Origin: a virus
Length of the DNA: 64,000 nt
Reading direction: 5' to 3' (one strand)
IMG/VR virus record: IMGVR_UViG_3300008110_000025
Span: 1 to 64,000 of that record
Both the position numbers and the translations under genes were made by a program. The number at the start of each line of letters is the position of its first letter. Position 1 is the stretch's first letter. The notes under the pieces were generated by a model that was not told where the DNA came from, did no database searches, and saw only the letters and a list, made by a program, of their open reading frames with translations. Positions 46,301 to 55,100 of this stretch are shown here, in pieces.

Positions 46301-49051
46301 AAACCAGGAAGAGTTAATATAGATATTGGTATACCATCTTTTAGTTCTGAAGATCCAAATCCTGCTTTAGAAGATGGTAACTCTACAGGTATCATTTATA
46401 ATGATCCTAATTACATTATAACACGTAAACAAGAGTTTCTGCTAAATGATTTCCAAACTATATTCATGCTAGATCCTGGATCAGCAACATATATCAATGG
46501 ACTTAGTATTCTAAAAACTACTCCTGGTGCTAGTTACAAAGGAGCTAGTTATATCTATAATGCATTTGGGGAGAGTGGAATAGTTCTGGGATTAACATCA
46601 GGTGTACCTTCTCTTGGTGGATACAAGGGAAACAGATGGAGTTATTGGGGATTGTTAGGTTATGCTTGGCAAATAAGAAACAGTGGATCTAATGGAGCAA
46701 CTGGGGACTTAAGAAACTTTGCATTAGAACTGCAACACTATCCATATTTTAGTGCTGATGCTTCTATCACAAGAATTGAAGGATTTAAGAACATACTAAG
46801 TGCTCTTATCCCAAACTCACTTGCTCAACAACCAAGGCAGTTAACAGTATCTTCTAGCTTAACAGCATTCCCAGCTACTCAAATGGTAGCACCTGCTACT
46901 ACTGGTAGACCTAATATATATTTAGTCAATCTGTGTGCTAAAAAGACAGATGTATTTGCCCCATTCGATGAACAACAACTTGTTTGGACTGGGTACTATC
47001 AAGAAATAAAAGAGGTAAACTTAGATACTGGGACAGCAACTCCTGATATTAACTTTAGTTATTACAGTGGGCAATCATCCTTAAACATATTTGGTGGAGA
47101 TACTTACATCTGTAAGTATAGTTATAGAACTACATCTGCTACATTTGGACTAGCCCACTTTGCAAAAGGTCTTAATAGTACTACTATAACAGGAAACAAC
47201 AATGACTTTATATATGGAGATATTCCTTTTAGTGATATAGGGACTACTACTATAGGTGCTAATACATTCAATGTATTAAATTTTGGTAATGCTGCTGATA
47301 CTGCTAATACTATTGAGATAAGTGCTAGTGAAACAACTCTTGGGGATGTAGCAACTAATAACTGGTCAGTAGGAAGTGTAGATCCGTTTACTACAGTCTA
47401 TCAGTTTATGATAGAGTCTGATGATAATATTAACTACAGGCATGCTGGAGACCCTATAAGAGGAGCATCAGAAGCATCAAGTGTCTACTTTGATAAGTAT
47501 GTTGCATCAGAAGTACTATGGAGATCCCCACTATTTGACCTTACTAAGACAGATAACATTCTCTATCAGGATCACTACTCTGCAGTACAAGACCTAAGAG
47601 TTACAATTCCATTCCCTAAAAGAGATGTATCTACCTCTCTATTCCCTAATAGAGTAATTAGATCACTAATACAGGATGGAAGCTTTGCTGATCCATATAG
47701 ATACTTCTTAGCATTTGATTATAAAGACTTTGCAGTAAACAAAGGAGAGATTGTAAACATCTTTAACCTTAATGCTCTTCTTTATATTCATACTGAGAAT
47801 AGTCTATTTAGAACTAAGGGTAAGCAAAACCTTGAACTATCTGATGCTACTCAAGCTTACATTGGATCTGGAGACTTGTTTGCTCAAGAACCCGATGAAT
47901 TCGTACAGAGTGTAGAAGGGTATCTAGGATTGCAAAACAAGTTTGGGTCGCTAGTAACTAAGGATGGATACATCTTTGTAGCTAGAAAAGCTCGTAAGAT
48001 ATTCATGGTAGGGGATAAAATATCAGATCTTACTGAGTTAGGTATGAATAGCTGGGCTAGAGAGAATATCCCATTTACATTAGAAACATATGGATGGAAT
48101 GCAGATAAGGGTGATTCTGATGCTACTACTAACCTATTTGGATTCATAGTTACATACGATCCACTATTCAAAAGAACTCTAATAACTAAACGAGAGTTAA
48201 TCCCAACTTCTGACTTTGAATATTATTATAGAAGAGGGGATTTAACTTACAATCCTGCAACTAATTGGTTTGAGATATTTAGAGAATCTCTCCCAAAAAG
48301 AGCCGATGGAACCCTTTTAGTAGAAAACGGATGGACAATATCGTTCTCTCATACACTATCTGCATGGGCTAGTAGACATAGTTATACTCCTAAGATGTAT
48401 GGGTATACTTCTGAGTACATGTACAGCTTTGATAGTAACTCCATTTACGAGCATAGTGATATATCTAACCCAGGTAACTTCTATGGACTTACTTATAACT
48501 TTGAAATAGACTGCATATTCACTGGGGAAGTTAGAAGAACTCAACAGGGAGTTATGTCTACTAAAGAGGCATCTAAGCTTTACTCTTCATTTGGGTATAC
48601 AGCAGATGTGTTTCAAAAACTAAACATAGTCTCACAACCAATTCAACAGTTTGACCCTGGGTTTACCAGTTACTATGTCTACAATACTACTCAAATCTCT
48701 GGAGAAGAGACTATTAAGTATCTATCTAACATAAGAAAAGTAGATACTGAATGGACTCTAAATAACTTCAGAGACTTAGCTTCAATAGCACCAAACACTA
48801 ATTTAAATGTAGGACAGGTAACAGTGAGTGGTAAACTTTATAGAGAGACTTTCACCACTAGGGATACTCAGCAGATGTTCATATCTGAAGGTGTTATAAA
48901 TCCTGACTACATGGACTATAATAAACTTTGGTATGATAGAAAAAAATTCGTAGATAGATTCGTAGGAATTCGTTTAATTTACAACAATTCAACAAGAAAT
49001 TTAATAAATTTGTACGGGGTGACAGCAGCCTCTAGAGTCTCAGCTCGATAA
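43346..49051 (+). CDS. tail stabilisation/muzzle protein
   Basis: 1901 aa; GMFKD...YRDALN, YFTDN..NPPR, LDNKLYMANL, GYRRGEIYAF, VRHHKMP, WTISFS...WASRHSYTP. Confidence 0.88.
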   Translation: MAESLKFLKGMFKDSGRLDQPENTYRDALNLIIDEKKNLVANEYGTEYIGNLVYTYYEFGDPVDVQLSPIGTIKLDDNSLIVFATNTLPRNIATAVGVPSEIVDMVYSAIFKVVPNSKTVTLLYITISPLIPQPLAARGFPNEHLNFDTNHPITGEFRLSPSGDILVYFTDNKYKITVDPSTQIEYVENYNPPRVFNVSRQERALAAGSDSDVLYGDTIKTPVLLNVFMETPVIPTLESIQVLEGGALEIGAYYLGLALADEDLTETNVVTVFNPVYIVPDSDASVPYEMISGAPIGTQTNKLISWRLSSTTKIIQYKYIVPYIIKYSGNSLLAYKLNPIETGNDVTIIYTGLERAQGASPSEVVLDKVKYLAAKSITQLDNKLYMANLVGRKDIGYQRFANNIKLNTIILEQPNFDVRHYDIVNLNYGYSKMIFPDQPAFSNNDRLTGTWPKFEWLTTREGLVDAYINQVIRPLQNGVGAVNGYRNPYFNTFYKGYRRGEIYAFYISFVLKDGSETYAYHIPGRPAFPGEDALFNGNLAVDDGYTIFKPQEISSIDSQAYVYQYIDTSLPIPPPPQTYPSLSDVSTFGGSGSLRMFIPPFPQQMELMGQNIVITNALGQTNTRLCTGVIPLSDNSPNTRLNFSTAFTFDFRAAAGGYITYYPSSDGSSDKSTAYWKNLNEYYPNTDDFDVWDVDSTGAGVVNPAGITLRGSNVRHHKMPSNHRADRSYILRDVDFSSPDTTPGGGLDVTRDSIDFRETVRILGIQLENIKIPKFILGQVQGYKVYYAKRTQQNKTILGQSGVHPATPYLAANLNNTRSKASSGPFYNIWLLEGHHKTGGVHTRNALWVPLQAQPNQPLRPGQYLAQPVLKFHDFNLLRTKTTITPATHIDIQYVVTMQNWTGGYKGARRVEPPGETSTVPTNPGGSRVTYYTSLRSGSGDDEYAWVHPDLGNTVNFNASTTSQYRDILGPQVLWGNVYIGAMYNKPGRVNIDIGIPSFSSEDPNPALEDGNSTGIIYNDPNYIITRKQEFLLNDFQTIFMLDPGSATYINGLSILKTTPGASYKGASYIYNAFGESGIVLGLTSGVPSLGGYKGNRWSYWGLLGYAWQIRNSGSNGATGDLRNFALELQHYPYFSADASITRIEGFKNILSALIPNSLAQQPRQLTVSSSLTAFPATQMVAPATTGRPNIYLVNLCAKKTDVFAPFDEQQLVWTGYYQEIKEVNLDTGTATPDINFSYYSGQSSLNIFGGDTYICKYSYRTTSATFGLAHFAKGLNSTTITGNNNDFIYGDIPFSDIGTTTIGANTFNVLNFGNAADTANTIEISASETTLGDVATNNWSVGSVDPFTTVYQFMIESDDNINYRHAGDPIRGASEASSVYFDKYVASEVLWRSPLFDLTKTDNILYQDHYSAVQDLRVTIPFPKRDVSTSLFPNRVIRSLIQDGSFADPYRYFLAFDYKDFAVNKGEIVNIFNLNALLYIHTENSLFRTKGKQNLELSDATQAYIGSGDLFAQEPDEFVQSVEGYLGLQNKFGSLVTKDGYIFVARKARKIFMVGDKISDLTELGMNSWARENIPFTLETYGWNADKGDSDATTNLFGFIVTYDPLFKRTLITKRELIPTSDFEYYYRRGDLTYNPATNWFEIFRESLPKRADGTLLVENGWTISFSHTLSAWASRHSYTPKMYGYTSEYMYSFDSNSIYEHSDISNPGNFYGLTYNFEIDCIFTGEVRRTQQGVMSTKEASKLYSSFGYTADVFQKLNIVSQPIQQFDPGFTSYYVYNTTQISGEETIKYLSNIRKVDTEWTLNNFRDLASIAPNTNLNVGQVTVSGKLYRETFTTRDTQQMFISEGVINPDYMDYNKLWYDRKKFVDRFVGIRLIYNNSTRNLINLYGVTAASRVSAR
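49005..49012 (+). promoter_or_regulatory. Bacteroidota -7 promoter box TAAATTTG
   Basis: TAnnTTTG inside the end of the muzzle gene, ~50 nt before the cargo gene. Confidence 0.45.
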
Positions 49052-49063
49052 AACTAAAAGCCC

Positions 49064-52000
49064 ATGTCTAAAAAAGCTAAATCTAAACAACCTGCAAGAA
49101 AGAAATACATAACTGCAGGAGCATTGGGGTATAACCAAGCAAACTATGCAGGGTCTGACTTTGCTAGTCCCTATGCTACTAACCCCTTCTACTACGATGC
49201 AGGAGCTGCTATGGCTGCTCAACAGCAGATGAAGTCTGCCATGAGTGCTAGTGACGTGCTCAAACAGAGAGCTTTAGAACAAAATAAAGCTAGAGCTGAA
49301 GAGGACAAAGCTAGAGAAGCAGAATTTAAAGCTAGCAAGGAGCAGTCTAAAGCTATTAATCAGCAGGAATTGAAGTCTTCTGGAATGGAGGCAGGTTCTT
49401 TTGCTGTAGATCTAGCAAAACAAGCTATAGCTAAACAAGCAGCAAAAAAAGCAGCAACTAATCTTGTTGCTAATACTGCTATGCAAGCTGGGCAAGCAGG
49501 GGTGTATGGCTCTACATTAGGAACTGCAGCTTCTACTGCTGCAAACACAGCATCAACTGCAACTACAGCTGGAACTAGTTTGCTTCCTGGAGCTGTAGAA
49601 GTTGGGAGTCAAGTAGGACAAGCAGCAGCTAATACTGGTAGTGCTGCTGCTAGTACAGGAGCTAGTGCTGCTGGAACTGGAGCAAGTATAGGAACTGGAC
49701 TGGCAACTGCTGGTATTGGACTAGGATTAAATGTTGCAGGAACCCTTATTGAAAACAGTGGGGACGATAATGATTATAGAACCTTTACTGAAAAAGAAAG
49801 AAAGAGAAACTTAGTCGGGTCTGCAATGAAAAGTGCAGGTAGTGGAGTTGGTACGGGTGCAGCAATAGGAAGTTTTCTAGGACCAGGAGGAACAGTAATA
49901 GGTGGAGCAATTGGAGGATTAGTTGGAGGAGGAATAGGATTAGTTAAAGCAAGAAAAGAAAATAAAGAATCTAAAAAGGTTGCCGAAGACTATGAAAAAG
50001 AACAAGCAGCCTTAGCTGCTGAGAGAGCAAAAGAAAAAGCTCTTATTGAATCTGAGAATGCTAAAATTGCAGGAGCTTATAATGCTGCATTTGTTAAGTC
50101 GAGACTTACTGGAGCTCAATATGGATATGGATACGGTACGTCAAATAACCCTAGCATGATGACTACCCCTAACTTCTATGGTAAAACAGGAGGAGTTAAA
50201 GTTCCAGGGGGACAAATTGTCCCTATAGAGGGTTCTGATGCTGTAGAGTTTGTAGGAAGAAAGCATTCTCAAGGTGGAATCTTACTAGATCCTTATACAG
50301 AAGTAGAGGGTGGAGAGACTATGGATCAGGTGATGATGGCTAAGTCAGGAGGTAAGGGTAATAAAAATGACTACTTCTTCTCAGCTTATCTTAAGCTTGG
50401 TGGTAAGTCATTTGCTCAAAGACATAAAGAAATTCTAAAGTCTGGAGGCAAACAAGCAGATATTCAGAAACTTGCTGAGATGCAAGAGGCTGTTGCTAAT
50501 AAAGAAGGAGAAAAGGATAGAAGTCCTGATACTATAGCTAAGTATGCAAAAGGTGGTAAAAAACAATTACCTCCAAAATCTTTAAACTATATTGACAGTA
50601 CTCCTTGGAGCTCAGCATTTATTTCTTATGTGTATAGCAATGCTGACCCTAACTTCCCTAAGAGCCCCACACATACTGGATATGCAACTGGTTTAAAAAA
50701 TAGAGATGATTGGCAAGAATTAGATCCTGCTACAACAAAACTCCAACCTGGGGATATCATTGTAAATAATAGATCTGGGAATAAGCAGAAGTTTGGACAG
50801 TCTTCTTACTCTGGTTTCTCACATGGTGATATAGTAACTAAACTAGAAGGAGATAAAGTATATGCTATCGGAGGTAATGTAGATCCTGATGATGTTAATC
50901 CAGATACCCCTGATACAGTAGCTGAAAGAGCTAAGTCTCTAAAAGACGGAGTACTGGCAGATAGTGGATACTTTGTAGTATTAAGACCAAAAGATCCCCA
51001 AGTAGCTCAGAGAGCAGTAGAACTTGCTACAAATGAAAAGCAACTTTGGGAAAGTAATAAATGGAATGAGCATGCTGATACATCTCAATCTAGATTGCAG
51101 ACTTATTACCAAGCTGGTAAATTAGGAATACCTGGAGTAAGACCAGATGATGGTAAGCCTGCAGCAGTGTCAGCAAAACCTCAGGCTAGTAACCAAACTA
51201 TGAGTGCTGATCAATATGCTGCATTAAATCAGGGAAGACAACCTCTTCCTTCTGGGGCAGCACAATCTGTATTAGGTCCAATTGACTATGCATTATTGGG
51301 TGTAGGTAGAGCTCTTGCTAGTGGAGCTAGTGGATTAGCAGGAGGAGCAGCAGGTGCTTGGGAAGGATTTGCAGGAACAGCATCTGCACCAAATGCATCA
51401 GCAGCAAGACCAACAGCCTCTGCACCTAACATGGCAGGAAGAGGTCCATTAATGTTAGAAGCACCTACACCAAGTACGGCAGTAGGAAGATTCACTGGAA
51501 ACATAGGTCCTGCAAAACCAACAACTCCATTTAGAGTTGTTCCAACAGAAACTGGATTAGTAAGACAACCTCCATTTTATACTGATCCTAATTACATCAA
51601 TATAGAAGGAAGAACTATTGGATTGAATAAACCTTCTTCTATAGATAATCAAATGTTCAAGCAGTTTAATATAGGAATGCCAGATGCTACTGCTCAAAAA
51701 GCTGCTGGATTTACACCAACTGGATTTGATGTTACTGCAGCTGAAGGTACTGCTGCAGTAGATCCAGGAACAGAAGGACCTTTCCCATATAGAGAAACTC
51801 TTCAACCAATTAAAAGTAAAGAACCTGGTTTATTGCCTACAAAAATAGCAAAGCCTGATCTTAAAAAAGACACTGGATTAAAGAAGACTGAGAAGAAAGT
51901 AACACCTCCTAGAGACTCAAATATAAATGGAGCTTTACTTGCTGGATTAGGACAACTATTACCTGTAGGAGCTTTGTTGGCAAGTCCTTATAAAACGACT

Positions 52001-52753
52001 GCTGGAATAGATACAAGTGGTGCTGAATTTAAAGGAGAGTCAGTAGCTCCTGGTTCTGTAGTTAGAGGGGCTACACTTGGAAGAGTTTCATTGGGTGCTG
52101 AAAGAGCTGCTGCAATAGCAAACTCTAATGCTATTAATAAGTATATTGAAGGAACTAATGCAGGCCCTGCAGCTATAGTTGGCAAACTAGCTAATTCTTC
52201 AAGACTTCAACAAAATATGTTGCAGATTCAAGAAGAGGAAAGTAAGATTAATACTGCTATTCAAAACAAAGAAGCTGAACTTGGTCAAAGAGCATCAGAG
52301 TTTAATGCTCAACAAGCTATGGAAGCTTCTGCTGCTACTGCTGAGAATAGACAAAGAGCTTCTGAAAGTTTGCAAAAAGCTAAGATGTTTAATAAGCAAC
52401 TAGAGCTAAATGAAAAACAGTATAAAAGAGAGGAGTTTTTTGGAGCTCTAGACGAAGCTGCTACTCGTATAGCTGGAATCTATAAAGATGATAGATCATA
52501 CAAAGCTCAGGAAAGATTAGCTAATGCTATGGATGATGCTGGTTCATACCAAAGATTCCAATACTATGAGGATTTAAAAAAGCAAGCTAAAGATCCTCAA
52601 TCTGAATTTTACGGAAAGACTGATAAAGAGTTAAGAGATTATGCAGCTGATCAGTATAATCAGTATATAGGTAAAGCTAAAACTGGGGGAACTAGAAGAT
52701 ATACCTCTCGTTTAGGTGAATTGTCAAAAGGTAAAAAAACATTTAATATCTAA
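49064..52753 (+). CDS. ejected cargo protein with glycine zipper and DUF2272-like (NlpC/P60-like) domain
   Basis: GAAIGSFLGPGGTVIGGAIGGLVGG zipper; GRKHSQGG..EVEGGE; PWSSAFISYV, PGDIIV, SHGDIV, IGGNV. Confidence 0.8.
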   Translation: MSKKAKSKQPARKKYITAGALGYNQANYAGSDFASPYATNPFYYDAGAAMAAQQQMKSAMSASDVLKQRALEQNKARAEEDKAREAEFKASKEQSKAINQQELKSSGMEAGSFAVDLAKQAIAKQAAKKAATNLVANTAMQAGQAGVYGSTLGTAASTAANTASTATTAGTSLLPGAVEVGSQVGQAAANTGSAAASTGASAAGTGASIGTGLATAGIGLGLNVAGTLIENSGDDNDYRTFTEKERKRNLVGSAMKSAGSGVGTGAAIGSFLGPGGTVIGGAIGGLVGGGIGLVKARKENKESKKVAEDYEKEQAALAAERAKEKALIESENAKIAGAYNAAFVKSRLTGAQYGYGYGTSNNPSMMTTPNFYGKTGGVKVPGGQIVPIEGSDAVEFVGRKHSQGGILLDPYTEVEGGETMDQVMMAKSGGKGNKNDYFFSAYLKLGGKSFAQRHKEILKSGGKQADIQKLAEMQEAVANKEGEKDRSPDTIAKYAKGGKKQLPPKSLNYIDSTPWSSAFISYVYSNADPNFPKSPTHTGYATGLKNRDDWQELDPATTKLQPGDIIVNNRSGNKQKFGQSSYSGFSHGDIVTKLEGDKVYAIGGNVDPDDVNPDTPDTVAERAKSLKDGVLADSGYFVVLRPKDPQVAQRAVELATNEKQLWESNKWNEHADTSQSRLQTYYQAGKLGIPGVRPDDGKPAAVSAKPQASNQTMSADQYAALNQGRQPLPSGAAQSVLGPIDYALLGVGRALASGASGLAGGAAGAWEGFAGTASAPNASAARPTASAPNMAGRGPLMLEAPTPSTAVGRFTGNIGPAKPTTPFRVVPTETGLVRQPPFYTDPNYINIEGRTIGLNKPSSIDNQMFKQFNIGMPDATAQKAAGFTPTGFDVTAAEGTAAVDPGTEGPFPYRETLQPIKSKEPGLLPTKIAKPDLKKDTGLKKTEKKVTPPRDSNINGALLAGLGQLLPVGALLASPYKTTAGIDTSGAEFKGESVAPGSVVRGATLGRVSLGAERAAAIANSNAINKYIEGTNAGPAAIVGKLANSSRLQQNMLQIQEEESKINTAIQNKEAELGQRASEFNAQQAMEASAATAENRQRASESLQKAKMFNKQLELNEKQYKREEFFGALDEAATRIAGIYKDDRSYKAQERLANAMDDAGSYQRFQYYEDLKKQAKDPQSEFYGKTDKELRDYAADQYNQYIGKAKTGGTRRYTSRLGELSKGKKTFNI

Positions 52754-52758
52754 TAGGT

Positions 52759-55080
52759 ATGCCGTATAAATGGAATCAATATGTAAGTACTTACGTAGAT
52801 CCTCAATCAGTAAAAATATCTGAGACCTTACGTAATAGGTTTATAGAAAATTTTAAAGCTAACGATGAGTTGGCTTTAGCTGTTGATCAGATGAAGGCTG
52901 CACTTCCTTTTGAGAATGACGTTAAAAGAAAGAATGAACTTCAACAACAAATTACTGAGAGTCTAGAGGGCTTGGCAGGTAAAGGAAATTATGAAAATCT
53001 AGGATTTGCTATTCATAGATTATCTAAAGAATTTTCTACTAGTAATTCCCCTATTAAAGAAAACTACGAAAGATATCAAGGAGCTCTTGCAAATATTGAT
53101 AAACAATATGAGAAGGGGGATATTAACTCTGAGCAATATGCCAAAGCAGCATCTTACATTACTAAAGGGTATAAAGGCTTTGAAACTGACCCTACTACTG
53201 GGAGAGTAAAAGCAGGTACAATGTTTACAGCTCCTACTATTGTTAAAGATCCTAAGTTAATGGATCTAATGGCTAAGAGACTTGAAATTCTAGAACTGAA
53301 AAAAAGAGGATATCAAGAAGGGAGTATAGTTACAGATGAGAATGGAACCTACAAACGTAAAGTAGGAGCTTATACAGAAGAAATACCAGAAGCAGATGTA
53401 ATGCAAGTATACAGTTCTGTAATTCAAGAGCCAGATGTAGCTGCTTATCTTACTCAGATGGCAGATATGAAAACTCATGAAGCTGATAAAAGTGGTCAGA
53501 CTCCTGTAATTCTTGAAAATCAAAAGCAGCAGTATGAAAATAAACTAGCTGAGTTAAAAACTCAAGTTGGACTAGAGACAGATGAAACAAAGAAAGCTCA
53601 GTACCAAACTGCTATAACTGCTCTTACAGATGCTAGTGCTAAAATAGATGCTGCTATGAAAGACCCAGCACTTGCTAGTGAGTTAATGAGAGAAGCTTAT
53701 AGAGCAGAGATACTACGTCCAGTAGAAGAATATGCAATGAAGAAAGCAGGTCTCTTTACTTATAAAGAAGAGTCAGGAATTACTGGAGGAGATGGAAGTG
53801 GTAGTGGGGGAGGTGGAGCTGCATCAATGGTTCCACTATACAACTACGATATGGTTAGAGCTGATATGGATATATCTGGTGTTGACCATAAGAGTAAGAT
53901 GCAGTACCTTGCTACAACTGATCAACAGATTGCAGCTATTACTGAAGACTTGGCTGCTAATCAAAATACCTACTCTGATGAAGTTAAAGCTAGTCTAAAT
54001 AGTACTCTTAATACTCTGATTAATAATAAGTCTAGAGTACAGGCTCAGATGAAAGAAGCTGCTGACTCTTCAGTAAGCATGGCCGATTTGCAATCTGTAG
54101 ATAATAAAATAACAGATGTAGTTAAAACTATGTTCCCAGCTTACTCTTCTGGAGATATTTATAGTGAGGTACAAAAGATATTTGACAACACTGGTGATCA
54201 AGATTATATGGATTTCCAGGCAGCTTTTGATAAGCAATTTGGTCAAGGTGCTTTTGAGGCACATATGGCCGAAAACTATAAGCCTTCAAATTCTGCACCT
54301 GGATCCTCTAGAGTACCAGGAGGTTCATTGTATGCAACAAGTGATATGACTCCTGAGCAAAGAGAGCTATATTATAATGGATATGCAAGTACTCCAGAAC
54401 AAGTATTGAATAAATTTAACGGTAAGTTACAGTCTAAAGTTAATGCTAAATATGCAGAGATTAAACAATCTACTGCATACAACATGGGATTAATTGAGAC
54501 TGGTATGGGTAAGAGTATAGATGTTTCAACTACTAAAGCAGCTCATAGTTTCTTCGAAGGAGAGAAAGGAAGACCATTAAACCCAGAAGAAATTATAACA
54601 GTTATGCTACCAGACGGTAGTGTTAAACAGCTTAATGGAAATTCACCAGAGCTAGCAGGATATAAGATTGTAAAATCAGGATGGAATCCAGGTAATAACT
54701 CGTGGAAACTGAACCTTATGAAAGGTGAAGGGGATGATGCAACAGTACTGACTGCTGTATACGATGGAAATCAAATTAAGAATGAAGGATTGAATGCAGC
54801 TATTAATAATCCTGAAGTAAGATTTGGTACTCTAGTCATGCAACAAAGATCAATGGAACCTGGAAAAGTTAGAACTCTAGAGACTATTAAAATTAATAAT
54901 GAGAGGGTTCTAATTAATATCTATAGTAGAGGTGATGCTTCTCCGTATATTTCGATCACGTATCCAGATGGCACTCCTTATCTAAAAACTGATAAGGACA
55001 AAGGTGCAGCTACTAGACATAACTTAGATGAGCCTGCTATTAAAGGACTTATTGGTAGTGGACTTGTAACAGGCTTTTAA
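52759..55080 (+). CDS. putative ejected cargo protein
   Basis: 773 aa, helical, YVSTYVDP N-terminus; within the cargo cluster. Confidence 0.7.
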   Translation: MPYKWNQYVSTYVDPQSVKISETLRNRFIENFKANDELALAVDQMKAALPFENDVKRKNELQQQITESLEGLAGKGNYENLGFAIHRLSKEFSTSNSPIKENYERYQGALANIDKQYEKGDINSEQYAKAASYITKGYKGFETDPTTGRVKAGTMFTAPTIVKDPKLMDLMAKRLEILELKKRGYQEGSIVTDENGTYKRKVGAYTEEIPEADVMQVYSSVIQEPDVAAYLTQMADMKTHEADKSGQTPVILENQKQQYENKLAELKTQVGLETDETKKAQYQTAITALTDASAKIDAAMKDPALASELMREAYRAEILRPVEEYAMKKAGLFTYKEESGITGGDGSGSGGGGAASMVPLYNYDMVRADMDISGVDHKSKMQYLATTDQQIAAITEDLAANQNTYSDEVKASLNSTLNTLINNKSRVQAQMKEAADSSVSMADLQSVDNKITDVVKTMFPAYSSGDIYSEVQKIFDNTGDQDYMDFQAAFDKQFGQGAFEAHMAENYKPSNSAPGSSRVPGGSLYATSDMTPEQRELYYNGYASTPEQVLNKFNGKLQSKVNAKYAEIKQSTAYNMGLIETGMGKSIDVSTTKAAHSFFEGEKGRPLNPEEIITVMLPDGSVKQLNGNSPELAGYKIVKSGWNPGNNSWKLNLMKGEGDDATVLTAVYDGNQIKNEGLNAAINNPEVRFGTLVMQQRSMEPGKVRTLETIKINNERVLINIYSRGDASPYISITYPDGTPYLKTDKDKGAATRHNLDEPAIKGLIGSGLVTGF

Positions 55081-55100
55081 ATTTAGAATAGAACCAACAC

